Notes under the pieces: generated by a model | Seen by the model: the letters and a program-made list of their open reading frames with translations, nothing else | Databases searched by the model: none | Told to the model about the DNA's origin: nothing | In this document: one piece after another, positions 1-15,000 of the stretch | Position numbering within the stretch: position 1 is the first letter of the stretch | Layout of the letters: each line of letters begins with the position of its first letter | Program-made: the position numbers and the translations under genes | Source of the DNA: the human T2T-CHM13v2.0 reference genome, Homo sapiens | Assembly: GCF_009914755.1 (NCBI RefSeq) | Contig: NC_060945.1 | Reading direction: 5' to 3' (one strand) | DNA: 64,000 bases

Positions 1-3000
1 CATTCAGAGCCTCATAGCAGTGTTCTGGAATCCTATGTGATTGACAAACATTCAGACAACAGCAGGAGTGTTCTGGAATCCTCTGTGAGGAACAAACTTT
101 CAGACCCTCTTAGCAGTGTTCTGTAATCCTATGTGAAATCATCCTATGTGACAGACAAACATTTAGACCCCAGCAGCAGTGTTCTGGAATCCTATGTGAG
201 GGAGAAACATTCAGACCCTCATAGCAGTGTTCTGGAATCCTACATGAGCGACAAACACACTGAAACCAGCAGCAGTGTTCTGGAACCCTATGTGAGGGAT
301 AAACATTCAGACCATGCCAGGATTGTTCTGGAAACCTATGTGAAGGACCAACACTCCGAACCCAGCAGAAAGGTTTTGAAATCCTGTGTGAGGGACAAAC
401 GTTTAGACCCTCGTAGCAGTGTTCTGGAATCATATGTGAGGGACAAACATTCAGACCCTCGTAGCAGTGATCTGGAATTCTATGTGAGGGACAAACATTC
501 AGACATTGGTAGCATTGTTCTGGAATCCAATGTGAGGGACAAACATTCTGACCCTCATAACAGTGTACCAGAATCCTGTGTTAGGAACGAACATTCAGAC
601 CACAGCATTAGTGTTCCGGAATCCCCTGTGAGGAACAAACATACAGACCCTCGTAGTAGTGTTCTGGAATCCTATGTGACGGCCAAATATTTATACCCCA
701 GCAGCAGTGTTCTGGAATCCTCAGTGAGGAAAACCATTCAGAATCTTGTAGCAGTTTTCTGGAATCCTATGTGAGGGACAAACATTTAGACCACAGCGGG
801 ATTGTTCTGGAATGATATGTGAGGGACAAACACTAAGAAAATAACAGGAATGTTTTGGAATCCTATGTGAGTGACAAAAATTCAGACCCTCGTAGTAGTG
901 TTCTGGAATCGTATGTGAGGGACAAGCATTCAGACCACAGCAGGAGTGTTCTGGAATCCTATGGGAGGGACATACATTCAAACCCTAGTTAGCAGTGTTC
1001 TGGAATCCTATGTGAGGGAAAAGCATTCAGAGTTTTGTAGCAGTGTTCTGGAATCCTATGTGAGGGACAAACATTCAGACCCTCAAAGGAGTATTCTGGA
1101 ATCCTATGTGAGGGACAAACATTGAGATAATCATAGCAGTGTGATGGAATCCTATGTGAGGGACAAACATTCAGACCCCAGCAGCAGTGTTCTGGAATCC
1201 TATGTGAGTGATAAACATTCAAACAACAGCGGGAGTGTTCCATAATCCTATGTTACAGACAAATATTCACACCGTCTTCACAGTGTTCTTGAATTCTATG
1301 TGAGGGACAAACCCTCAGAAATGAGCAGCAGTGTTCTGGAACCCTGTGTGAGGGTCAAAATTTCAGACCACAGCAGGATTGTTCTGTAATCCTATGTTAC
1401 GGACAAACATTTAGACCTCAGCAGGAGTGTTCTGGAATTCTATGCGAGGCACAGTCATTCGTACCCTCGTAGCAGTGTTCTGGAATTCTGTGTGAGGGAC
1501 AAGCATTCAGAACGTCGTAGCAGTGTTCTGGAATCCTATGTGAAGGACAACCATTCAGACCACAGGAAGAGTGCTCTGGAATCCCCAGTGAGGAACAAAC
1601 ATTCAGACACTAGTAAAAGTGTTCTGGAATCCTATGTGACAGACAAACATTCAGACCCCAGCAGCAGTGTTCTGGAGTTTTATGTAAGGGAAAAACGTTC
1701 AGACAATCATAGCAGAATTCTGGAATCCTATGTGAGGGACAAACATTCAGACCTCAGCTGCTGCGTTCTGGAATCCTATGTGAGGGACAAACATTCATAC
1801 AACAGTGGGAGTGTTCTGGAATCCTATGTTACAGGCAAATATTCAGACCCTCGTCCGAGTGTTCTGGAATTCTATGTGAGGGAGAAACATTCAGAACCCA
1901 CCAGCATTGTTCTGGAATCCTATGTGACGGACAGACATGCAGACCCCAGCAGCATTGTTCTGGAATCTTATGTGACGGTCAGACATGTAGACCCCAGCAG
2001 CATTGTTCTGGACTCCTATGTGAGGGATGATCATTCAGACCCTCGTTGCAGTGTTTCGGAATTCTGTGTGAGTGAGAAACATTCAGACCCTTGTAAAAGT
2101 GTTCTGGAGCCCTGTGTGAGGGACAAACATTCAGACCACAGCAGGAGTGTTCTGGAATCCACTGTGAGGAACAAACATTCCAACCCTCGTAGCAGTGTTC
2201 TGGAATCCTAAGTGATGGATAAACATTTAGACCCAGTAGCAGTGTTCTGGAATCCCCAGTGAGGAACAAACATTGAGACAATCGTAGCAGTTTTCTGGTA
2301 TTCTATGTGAGGGACAAACATTCAGACCCCAGCAGCAGTGTTCCGGAATCCTATGTGTGGGACATACATTCAGACGCCAGAAGCAGTGTTCTGGAATCCT
2401 ATGTGAGGGAGAAACATTCAACCAACAGCGGGAGTGTTCTGAAATCCTATGTTAAGGACAAACATTCAGACCCTAGTTGCAGTGTTCTAGAATTCTATGT
2501 GAGGGAGAAACACTCAGAAACCTGCAGCAGTGTTCTGGAATCTAGGTGACGCCCATAAATCTACACCCCAGCAGCAGTGTGGTGGAATCCTATATGATGG
2601 ACAAACATCCAGAACCCAGCAGCAGTGTTCTGGAATCCTATGTGAGGTAAAAACATTCAGACCCCAGCAGCAGTGTTCTGGAATCCTATGAGAGGGACAA
2701 TCATTCAGACCCTTGTAGCAGTATTGTGGAATTCTGTGTGAGGGATAAACATCCAGAAACTCACAGCAGTGTTCTGGAATGCTCTGTGAGGTACAAACAT
2801 TCAGACCCTCGTAGCAGTGTTCTGGAATACTACGTGAGGGACAAACATTGAGACCTCATAGCAGTGTTCTGGAATCCTATGTGACAGACAAACATTTAGA
2901 TGGCAGCAGCAGTGTTCTGGAATCCTATGTGAGGTACAAACATTCAGAACACTGCAGAAGTGTTCTGGAATCTCCTGTGAGGAAGAAACTTTTAGACCCT

Positions 3001-6000
3001 CATAGAAGTGGTCTGGATTCCGATGTGATGGACAAACATTTAGACCCCAGCAGCAGTGTTCTGGAATCCTATGTGAGAGACAAACATTCAGAACCTCGTA
3101 GCAGCGTTCTGGAATCCTATGTGAGGGACAAACCCTCAGAACCCAGCAACTGTATTCTGGAATCCTATGGAGGGACAAACATTGAGGCCACAGCAAGATT
3201 GTTCTGGAATCCTATGTGGGGGACAAACACTTCGAACACTGCAGAAGTGTTTTGGAATCCTATGTGAGGGACAAACATTCAGAGCCTCGTAGCAGTGTTC
3301 TGGAATCCTATGTGAGGGAAAAACTATCAGACCACAGGAAGAGTGTTCAGGAATCCTATGTGAGGGACTAACATTTAGATAATCAAAGCCGTGTTCTGGA
3401 ATCCTATGTGAGAGGCAAACATTCATACAATCATAGCAGTGTTCTGCAATCCTATGTGAGGGACAAAAATGCAGACAATCGTAGCAGTGTTCTGTAATCC
3501 TATGGGAGGGACAAAAATTCAGAGCCTCCCAGCAGTGTTCTGGAATCCTATGTGAGAGTCAGACATTCAGACAATCGTAGAGTGTTCTGGAATCCTATGG
3601 GAGGGATAAATATTCAAAAAACAGCGAGAGCGTCTGACATCCTACGTTTCGGACAAACATGCATACCCTCGTCGCAGTGTTCTGGAATTTATGTGAGGGA
3701 GAGACACACAGAACCCAGCAGCAGTGTTCTGGATTCCTATGTGACGGACATACATGTAGACCCCAGCAGCAGCGTTCTGGAATCCTATGTGAGGGAAAAA
3801 CATTCAGGCACCAGCAGCAGAGTTCTGGAATCCTATATGAAGGACAATCATTCAGAACCTCGTAACAGTGTTCTGGAATTCTGTGTGAGGGACAAACATT
3901 CAGACCACAGCAGGACTATTCTGGAATCCCCAGTGAGGAAGAAACATTCAGACCCTCGTAGCACTGTTCTTGAATCCTGTGTGATGGACAAACATTTAGA
4001 CCCCAGCAGCGGTGTTCTGGAATCCTATGTGTGGGACCGTCATTCAGAACCTCGTAGCGTGTTCTGGAATCCGGTGTGATGCAGAAACATTCAGATCACA
4101 ACAGTAGTGTTCTGGATCTGATGTTTCTACAAACACTCAGAACACAGCAGGAGTGTTTTGGAATCCTATATGAGGGAAAAACATTCAGACCCTCGTAGCA
4201 GTGTTCTGGAATCCTATCTAAGGGACAAACATTCAGACAATCGTAGGAGTGTTCTGGAATCCGATGTCAGGGACAAACATTCAGACTCTTGTATCAGTGT
4301 TCTGGAATCCTACGTGAAAGACAAACATTCAAACAATCGCAGCAGTGTTCTGGAATCCTATGTGAGGGACAAATATTCAGGCCCTCGTAGCAGTGTACTG
4401 GAATCCTATGTGAGGGACAAACTTTCAGACCAGAGCAGCAGTGTCCTTGAATCCTGTGTGAGAGACAAATATTGAGATCCCAGCAGGAGTGTTCTGGAAT
4501 CTTTTGTTAATGAGAAATATTCAGACTACAGCAGGAGTGTTCTGGAATCCTATGGGAGCAACAAACATTCAGACCCCAGCACCAGTGTTCTTTTGTCCTA
4601 TGTGAGAAACAAAAATTCAGATGCTCGCAGCAGTGTTCTGAAATCCTATGTGAGGGAAAAACATTCAGAACCTCGTAGCAGTGTTTTGGAATCCTATGGG
4701 AGGACAAAAAATCAGACACTCCTACTAGTGCTCTGGAATCCTATGGGAGGACAAAAAATCAGACACTCCTACTAGTGCTCTGGAAACCTATGTGAGGGAC
4801 AAACATTCAGACCACAGCAGGAGTGTTCTGGAATCGCCTGTGAGGGAGAAACATTCAGACCCTCATAGCTGTGTTCTGGAATCCAATGTGACGGACAAAG
4901 ATTTAGACCCCAGCAGCAGTGTTCTGGAATCCTATGTGATGGACAGACATTCAGACAATCGTAGCAGTGTTCTGGAATCCTATGTGAGGGACAAACATTC
5001 AGAACCCAGCAGCAGTGTTCTGGAATCCTATGTGAGGAACAAACATTCAAACAAACAACAGCGGGAGTGTTCGGGAATCTTATGTTATGGACAAACATTC
5101 AGACCATCATCGCAGTTTTCCGGAATTCTATGTGACGGAGAAAGACTCAGAACTCCGCAGCAGTGTTCTGGTATTCTATGCGATGGACATACATGCAGAC
5201 CTCAGCAGCAGTGTTCTGGACTCGTATGTGAGGGACAAACATTCAGACCCCAGCAGCAGTCTTCTGAAATCCTACATGAGAGACAATCATTCAGCCCCTC
5301 GTTGCATTGTTCTGGAATTCTGTGTGAGGGGAAAACTTTCAGACAATCATGGCAGTGTTCCAGAATCCTACGTGAGGGTCAAACTTTCAGAACACAGAAG
5401 GAGTGATCTGGAATCCCCTGTGAGGAATAAACATTCAGAACCCTGTAGCAGTAACCTGGAATCCGATGTGATGGACAAACCTTTAGACCCCAGCAGCATT
5501 GATCTGGAATCCTATTTGAGGGACAATCATTCAGACCCTCTCAGCAGTATTCTGTCATCCTATGTGCGGGAGAAACATTCAGACCACAGCAGGGGTGTTC
5601 TGTAATAATATGTGACAAACATTTCGATCCTCACAGAAGTGTTCTGGAATATTATATGAGGGACAAAGGTTCAGACAATTGTAGCAGTGTTCTGGAATCC
5701 TATGTGAGGGACAAACATTCAGAACCTAGAAGCAGTGTTCTAGAATCCTATACGAGGGACAAACGTTCAAACAACAGCAGGAGTGTTCTGGAGTCCTATG
5801 TTATGGACAAACATTCAGACCCTAGCAGAAGTGTTCTGGAATCCCATGTGACAGACAAACACTCAAACAAGAGCGGGAGTGGTCTGGAATCCTATGTTAG
5901 GATCATACATTCAGACCCCTGTTGCAGTGTTCTGGAATTCTATGTGTGGGAGAAACACTCAGAACCAGCAGCAGTGTTCTGGCATCCAATGTGAGGGACA

Positions 6001-9000
6001 CACGAGTAGACTGCAGCAGCAGTGTTCTGGAATCCTATGTGAGGGACAAACATTCAGACCCCAGCAGCAGTGTTCTGGAATACTATATGAGGCACATTCA
6101 TTCAGACCCTCATTGCAGTGATCTGGAATCCTATGTGAGGGACAAACAGAACACAGCAGGAGTGTTTTGGAATACCCTGTGAGGAACAAATATTCAGACC
6201 CTCGTCGCAGTGTTCTGGAATCCGATGTGAGGGACCAAAAATCAGACAATCGTAGAAGTGTTCTGAAATCCTATCTGAGGGACAAACATTCAGACCCTTG
6301 TAGCAGTGTTCTGGAATCCTGTGTGAGGGAGAAACATTCAGACAACCGTAGAACTGTTCTGGAATGTGAGTGACAAATATTCAGTCCCCAGCAGCAGTGT
6401 TCTGGAATCTTATGTGAGGGAAAAACATTCAAAAAACAGCGGAAGTTTTCTGGAATCCTACGTTAGAAACATAAATTCCAAGTATAATAATAATCGAAAT
6501 AATATAACATAAAAAGAAACATACATTCAGACCCTCGATGCAGTGTTCTGGAATTCTATGTGAGGGAGAAACACTCAGAACCCGGCCTCAGTGTTCTGGA
6601 ATCTGATGTGAAAGACATACACATAGACTCCTGCAGCAGTGTTCTGGAGTCCTATGTGGGGGACAAACATTAAGACCCCAGAAGCAGTGTTCTGGAATCC
6701 TACGTGAGGGACAGTCAATCAGACCCTCGTAGTAGTGTTCTGGAATTCTGTGTGAGGGACAAACATTCAGACCCTCCTTGCAGTTTTCTGGAATTCAATG
6801 TGAGGGACAAACTTTCAGACCACAGCAGGGGTGTTGTGGAATCCCCGGTGAGGAACAAACATTGAGACACTCGTAGCAGTGTTCAGGAATCCTATGTGAT
6901 GGACAATCATTTAAACCCCAGCAGCAGTGTTCTGGAATCCTATGTGAGAGAGAAACATTCAGACACTCGTAGCAGTGTTCTGGAATCCTATGTGAGGGAC
7001 AAACACTCAGAACCCAGCTGCAGTGTTCTGGAACGCTATGTTAGGGACAAACATTCAGACCACAGCAGGATTGTTCTGGAATTCTATGTGAGGGACACAC
7101 ACTCAGAAAACAGCAGGAGTGTTTTGGAATCCAACTTGGAGGACAAATATTCAGACCCTCATAGCAGTGTTCTGGAATCCTATGTGAGGGGCAAACATTC
7201 ACATAATCGTAGCAGTGTTCTGGAATCCTATGTGAGAGAGAAACATTCAGAACTTCATAACAGTGTTCTTAAATCCAATGTGAGGGACAAACATTCAGAC
7301 TGTCGTAGCGGTGTTCTGGAATCCTATGTGAGAGACAAACCCTCAGAACACAGCAAGAGTGTTTTGGAATCCTATGTGAGAGACAAATATTCAGATCCTC
7401 ATAGCAGTGTTCTGGAATCCTATGTTAGGGACAAACATTCAGACTATCGTAGCAGTGTTCTGGAATCCTACGTGAGGGACAAATATTAAGACTATCATAG
7501 CAGTGTTCTGGAATCCTATGGGAAGGACAATCATTCAGACCCTCGTACCACTGTTCTGTAATTCCGTGTGAGGGACAAAGCTTTAAACCAAAGAAGGAGT
7601 GTTCTGGAATCCCCTGTGAGGAACAAACATTCAGACCCTCGTATCAGGGTTCTGGAATCCTATTTGACAGAGAAACATATAGACCCCAGCAACAGAGTTC
7701 TGGGGTCCAATGTGAGAAAAAAACAATCAGACCCTCGTAGCAGTGTTCTGGAATCCTATGTGGGGGACAAACATTCAGAGAATCGTAGCAGTTTTCTGGA
7801 ATGCAATGTGAGGGAAAAACATTCAGACCCCTGTTGCAGTGTTCTGGAAACCTATGTGAGGGACACACATTCAGACCACTGCATGATTGATCTGGAATCC
7901 TATGTGAAGGACAAACACTCAGAACACAGCAGGAGTGTTTTGGAATCCTATGTGAGGGACAAACATTCAGACCCTCTTAGCAGTGTTCTGGAATCCTATG
8001 CGAGGGACAAACATTGAAACAATAACTGGAGTGTTCTGAAATCCTATGTTATGGACAAACATTCAGATCCTCATTGCATTGTTATGGAATTCTATGTGAG
8101 GGAGAAACACTCAGAAACTAACAGCAGTTTTCTGGCATCCTATGTGACAGACAAACTTTTAGACCCCAGCAGCAGTGTTGTTGAATCCTATGTGAGGGAC
8201 AAAAATTAAGACCCCGGCAGGAGTGTTCTGGAATCTTTTGTGAAAGACAAACATTCAGACACAGCAGGAGTGTTCTGGAATTGTATGTTAGCAACAAACA
8301 TTCGCATTCTAGCAGCAGAGTTTTTTGGTCCTATGTGAGGCGCTAACTTCCAGACGCTCGTAGCAGTTTTCTGGAATCTTATGTGATGGAAAAACATTCA
8401 GAATCTCGTAGCAGTGCTTTGGAATCCTATGTAAGCACAAACATTCGGACCCCAGCAGCAGTGTTCTGGAATCCTATTTGAGGCACAAACATTCAGACCC
8501 TCGTAGCAGTGCTCTGGAATGCTATGTGATGGAGATCCATTCATACTACAGCAGCAGAGTTCTGGAATCTTGTGTGAGGGACAGACATTCAGACCACAGC
8601 CGGAGTGTTATGGAATCCTATATTAGGGACAAACATTCAGACCCTTGTAGCAGTTTTCTGAAACCCTATGTCAGAGAGAAACATTCGGACCTCAGCAGCA
8701 GCGTTCTAGAATCCTATATGAGGCACATTCATTCAGACCCTCGTTGCAGTGATCTGGAATCCTATGTAAGGGACAAACACTCAGAACACAGCAGGAGTGT
8801 TTTGGAATCCCCTGTGAGGAACAAACATTCAGACCCTCATAACAATGTTCTGGAATCCTATGCGAGGGACCAACATTCAGACAATCGTAGAAGTGTTCTG
8901 GAATCCTATGTGAGGGACAAACATTCAGACCCTGGTAGAAGTGTTCTGGAATCCTATGTGAGGGACAAACATTCAGAAAACCGTAGCAGTGTTCTGGAAT

Positions 9001-12000
9001 CCTATGTGAGGGACAAACATTCAAACAACAGCGGGAGTGTTCTGGAATCCTATGTTAGGAACGTATATTCAAACCGTCGTTGCAGTGTTCTGGAATTCTA
9101 AGTGAGGGACAAACACTCAGAACCCAGCTGCAGTCTTCTGGAACCCTGTGTGAGAGACCAACATTCAGACAATCGTAGAAGTGTTCTGGAATCCTATGTG
9201 AGGGACAGTGATTCAAACACTCGTAGCAGTGTTCTGGAATCCTATGTGAAGTACAAATACTCAGAACCCAGCAACAGTGTTCTGGAACCCTATGTGAGAT
9301 ACAAACATTCCGACCACAGCTGTATTCTTCTGGAATCCTAAGTGAGGGACAAACCTTCAGACATTTGTAGCGGTGTTCTGGAATCCTACGTGAGGGACAA
9401 ACATTCAGACAATCGTAGAAGGGTTCTGGAATTCTATGTGAGTGACAAATATTCAGAGCCCCGTAGCAGTGTTCTGGAATCCTATGTGAGGGACAAACAT
9501 TCAGACCCCATCAGTAGTGTACTGGAATAACATGAGAGGGACAATCATTCAGACCCTCAGAGCAGTGTTCTGGAATTCTGTGTGATGGACATGCATTAGG
9601 AACCTCGTAGTAGTGTTCTGGAATCCTGTCTGAGGGACAAACGTTCAGACCACAGCAGGAGTGTTACGGAATCCCCTGTGAGGAAGAAACATTCAGACCC
9701 TCGTAGCAATGTTCTGGAATCCTACGTGATGGACAAACATTTAGACCATAGCAGCAGTGTTCTGGAATCCTATGTGAGGTACAAACACTCAGAACCCAGC
9801 AGCAGTGTTCTGGAACCCTATGTGAGGGACAAACATTCAGACCACTGCAGGATTGTTCTGGAATCCTATGTTAGGGACAAACACTCAGAACACAGCAGGA
9901 GTGTTTTGGAATCCTATGTGAGGGACAAATTTTGAGACCCTCGCAGCAGTGTTCCAGAATCGTATGTGAGGGACAAACATTCAGACCCTCGGAGCATTGT
10001 TCTGGAATGCTATGTTAGGGACAAACATTTAGACAATCGTAGCAATGTTCTGGAATAATATGTGAGGGACAAACATTCAGACAGTCTCAGCAGTGTTCTG
10101 GAATCCTATGCGAGGGACAAACATTCAGACCTCAGCAGCAGTGTTCTGGAATCCTATGTGAGGGACAAACTTTAAAACAACAGCGAAAGTGTTCTGGAAT
10201 CCTATGTTATGAACAAACATTCAGACCCTCGTCGCAGTGTTCTGGAATTCTATGTGAGGGAGAAATACTCAGAACCCAGCAGCAAGGTTCTGGAATCATG
10301 TGAAGGACATACATATAGACTCCAGCAGCATTGTTCTGGAATCCTATGTGAGGGACAAACATTCACACCCCAGCAGCAGCGTTCTGGAATCCTATATGAG
10401 GGACAATCATTCAGATGCTTGTAGCAGTGTTCTGGAATTCTGTGTGAGGGACAAACTTTCAGATGCTCATAGCAGTGTTCTGGAATTCTGTGTGAGGGAC
10501 AAACTTTCAGACCCTCGTAGCAGTGTTCTGGAATCCTGTGTGAGGGACAAACTTTCAGATGCTCGTAGCAGTGTTCTGGAATTCTGTGTGAGGAACAAAC
10601 CTTCAGACCCTCTTAGCAGTGTTCTGGAATCATATGTGTCGGACAAACATTTAGACCTCAGCAGCACTGTTCTAGAATCCTATGTGAGGGGCAATCATTC
10701 AGACACTCGCAGCGGTGTTCAGGAATCCGATGTGAGGGACAAACACTCAGAACCCAGCAGCAGTGTTCTGGAACCCTATTTGAGGGACAAACAGTCAGAT
10801 CACAGCTGTATTGTTCTGAAATCCTATGTGAGGAACAAACATTCAGACATTCGTAACGGTGTTCTTGAATCCTACGTGAGGAACAAACATTCAGACGCCA
10901 GCAGAATTGTTTTGGAATCCTATGTAAGGGACAAACATTCAAACAACAGCGGGAGTGTTTTGGAATCCTATGTGTGGGACAAACTTTAAGACAACAGCAG
11001 GAGTCTTCTGAAATCCTATGTGAGAAACAAACATTTACAACACAGCAGCAGTGTCCTGGATTCCTATGTGAGGGGCAAATATTCAGAACCTCGTAGCAGT
11101 TTTCTGGAATCCTAGGAGAGGGACAAACTCTCACAACCCAACAGGAGTGTTCTGGGAACCTGTGTGAGGGAAAAGCATTCAGACAACAGCAGGAGTGTTC
11201 TGGAATCATATGTGAGGGAGAAACACTCATATCACAACAGGAGTGTTCTAGAATCCCCTGTGAGGGACAAACATTCAGACCCTGGTAAGAGTGTTCCGGA
11301 AACCTATGTGAGGGGTAAGCATTTAGTTCCTCCTAGCAGTGTTCTGGAATCCTATGTGGGGGACAAACAGTCAGACCACAACAGGAGTGTACTAGAATCC
11401 CCTGTGAGGGACAAACATTCAGACCCTTGAAGCAGTGTTCTGGAATACTAGTGAGGGACAAAGATTCAGACTAGAGCAGAATTCTTCTGGAATCCTATGT
11501 GAGGAACGGATATTTAGACCACATCAGGAGTGTTCTGGAATGCTATTTGAGGGACAAACATTCAGTCCCTCTTAGCAGTGTCCTGGAATCCTTTGTGAGG
11601 GCTAACCACTCAGAACCCAGCAGCAGTGTTCTGGAATCCTATGAGAGGGACAAACATTCATACCACAGGAGGAATGTTCTGGAATCCTATGTGAGAGACA
11701 GACATTCAGACCCTGGTAGCAGTGTTCTGGAATCCTATGTGAAGGCCAAACACTCAGAAACCAGCAGCAGTGTTGTGGAATCCTATGCAAGCGACAAACA
11801 TTCAGATGCCAGAAGCATTGTTCTGGAATCCTATATGAGGGGCAAACATTCAGACCTAAGCAGGAGTGTTCTTTAATCCTATGTGATGGATAAACATTCA
11901 GACCCCTGCAGCAGTGTTCTGGATAACTATGTGTGGGAGAAACAGTCAGAAACCAGCAGAACGGTTCTGGAATCTTCTGTGATGGACAAACATTTAGAGT

Positions 12001-15000
12001 CTAGAAGCATTTTTAAGCAATCCTATGTGAGGGAGAAAACATCCAGACCCCAGCAGAAGTGTTCTGGAATCCTTTTTGAAGGAATAACATTTAGTCCCCA
12101 GCAGCAGTGTTCTGGAATCCTATGTGAAGGACAAACATTCAGACCCTCCTAGCAGTGTTGTGGAATCCTATGTGAGGGACAAACATACAGATCACAGCAG
12201 GAGGGTTATTGCGTCTTATGTGAGGGACAGCCAGAACCCAGCAGGGGTGTTATGGAATCCTATGTGAGGGACAAATATACAGACCACAGCAGAAGTTTTC
12301 TGGAATCCTTTGTGCAGAACAAACATTCAGACCACAGCAAAATTTTTCCAGAATCCTATGTGAGGGACAAAGCTTCAGAACCTCTTAGCAGTGCTTTTGA
12401 ATCCTATGTCAGGGACAAACTTTCAGACTCCTGTGGCAGTGTTTTAGAATTCGATGTGAAGGACAAACAATCAAAACCCAGAGGCAGTGTTCTTGGATCT
12501 TATGTGAAGGACAAACATTCAGACTCTCTTAGCAGTGTTCTGAAATCCTATGTGAGGGAAAAGTATTCAGACTCTCGTAGCAGTGTTCTGGAATCCGATG
12601 TGAGGGAGAAACATTCAGACCACAGAAGGAATGTTCTGGAATCCTATGTGAGTAACGTTCAGACCACAGCACGATTGTTCTGGAATCCCATGTGAGGTAC
12701 AAACATTCAGACGCCAGCAGCAGTGTTCCGAAATCCTATTGAGGGAAAAACTTTTAGACTCATGTAGCAGTGTTCTGTAATCGTACGTGAGGGACAAACA
12801 CTGAGAACCCAACAGCAGTGTTCTGGAATCCTTAGTGAGGAACAAACATTCAGACCACAGCAGGAGTCTCCTGGAATCCTTTGTGAGGGAGAATAATGCA
12901 GACCATCGTAGCAGTGATCTGGAATCCTATGTGAGGGAGAAACATTCAGACTCAAGTTACAGTTTTCTGGAATCCTATTTGAGGGACAAACCCTCAGACT
13001 ACAGCAGGAATATTTTAGAATCCCATGTTAGGGAGAAACATTCAGACCACAGCAGGATTGTTCCAGAAACCAATGTAAGGCACAAACACGGAGAACACAA
13101 GAGTGTTCTGGAACCCTATATGAGGGTCAAACATTCAGACCACAGCAGTAGTGTTCTGGAATCCTATGTGAGGGAGAATAATTCAGATGGTCATAGCATT
13201 GCTCTGGAATCCTATGTGAGGGACAAACATTTAGAACCCAGTAGCAGCGTTCTGGAATCCTATTTGAGGGACAAACACTCAGAACACTACAGGGATGTTT
13301 TGGAATCCTATGTTAGGGAGAAACATTCAGATGACCACAGGATTTTTCTGGAATCCCATGTGAGGCACAAACGCTCAGACAACAGCAGGAGTGTTCTAGA
13401 ATGCCATGTGAAGGTCAACCATTCAGACCACAGCAGTAGTGTTCTAGAATTCTATGTGAGGGACAAACATTCATACCCTCGTAGCAGTGTTCTGGAATCC
13501 TACGTAAGGGACAAACACTAAGAACCCAGCAGCAGTGTTCTGGCATTCTATCTGAGGGACGGAAATTCAGACCAAAGCAGGAGTATTCTGGAATCCTATG
13601 AGAGGTACAATCATTCAGAACCTCGTAGTAATGTTCTGGAATCCTATGTGAGAGAGAAACACTCAGAACCCAGCAGTAGTGATATGGAATCCTATGTGAG
13701 GGACAATCATTCAGACCATAGATTGGGTGTTCTTGAATCCTATGTGAGGGACAAACATTCAGACCCTCATAGAAGTGTTCTGGAATCCTATGTGAGGGAC
13801 AAACACTCAGAACCCAGCAGCAGTGTTCTGGAATCGGATGTAAGGTATAACCATTCAGACCACAGCAGGAGGGTTCTGGAATCTTATGTGAGGGACAATC
13901 ATTCAGACCCTCGTAGCGGTATTCTGGAATCCTGTGTGAGGGAGAAACCCTCAGAACCCAGCGGCAGTCTTCTGTAATCCTATTTGAGGGACAATCATTC
14001 AGACCACACCTGTGGTGTTCTGGAATCCTACATGTGGGACAAACTTTCAGACCCTTGTAGCATTGTTCTGGAATGCTATGTGAGGCAAACATTCACACCC
14101 TCGTAACAGTGTTCTGGAATTCTATGTGAGGGACAAACATTTAGACCCACTTAGTAGTGTTCTGGAATCGTACGTGAGGGACAAACACTCAGAACCCAAC
14201 ATCAGTGTTCTGGAATAATAAGATAGGGACAAACATTCAGACCACAGCAGGAGTGTTCTGCAACCTTATGTGTGGGAGAATAATTCAGAACCTCGTAGCA
14301 GTGTTATGGAATCCTATGTGAGGGACAAACATTCAGACCCCAGTACCAGGGCTCTGGAATCTTATTTGAGGGACAAAGACTCAGTCCACAGCAGGAATGT
14401 TTTGGAATCCTATGTGAGAGAGAAACATTCAGATAACAGCAGAATTGTTCTGGAATCCCATGTAAGGCACAAACACCCAGACCACAGAAGGAGTGTTCTG
14501 GAATCCTATATGAGGTTCAACCATTCGGACCACAGCAGGAGTGTTCTGAAATCCTATGTGAGGAACAAACATTCAGAACACAAGAGCAGTGTTCTGGAAT
14601 CTTATGTGAGTGACAAACATTCAGAACCCAGCAACAGTGTTCTGTAATCCTGTCTGAGAGACAAACATTCATACCACAGTAGGAGTGTTCTGGAGTCCAA
14701 TGTGAGGTACAATCATTCAGAACCCAGTAGCAGTGTCCTGGTTTCCTATGTGAGGGAGAAACACTCAGAACCCAGCAGCAGTGTTATGGAATCCTATGTG
14801 AGGGACAATCATTCAGACCACAGCTGGGGTGTTCTGGAATCCTACCTGTGAGACAAACATTTAGACCCTCGCAGCATTGTTCTGCAATCCTATTTGAGGA
14901 AAATTCATTCACAATACAGCAGGAGTGTTCTGGAGTCCTATGTGCGGAAGAAACATACAGACCCTCGTAGGAGTGTTCCAGAATCCTATGTTAGGGACAA

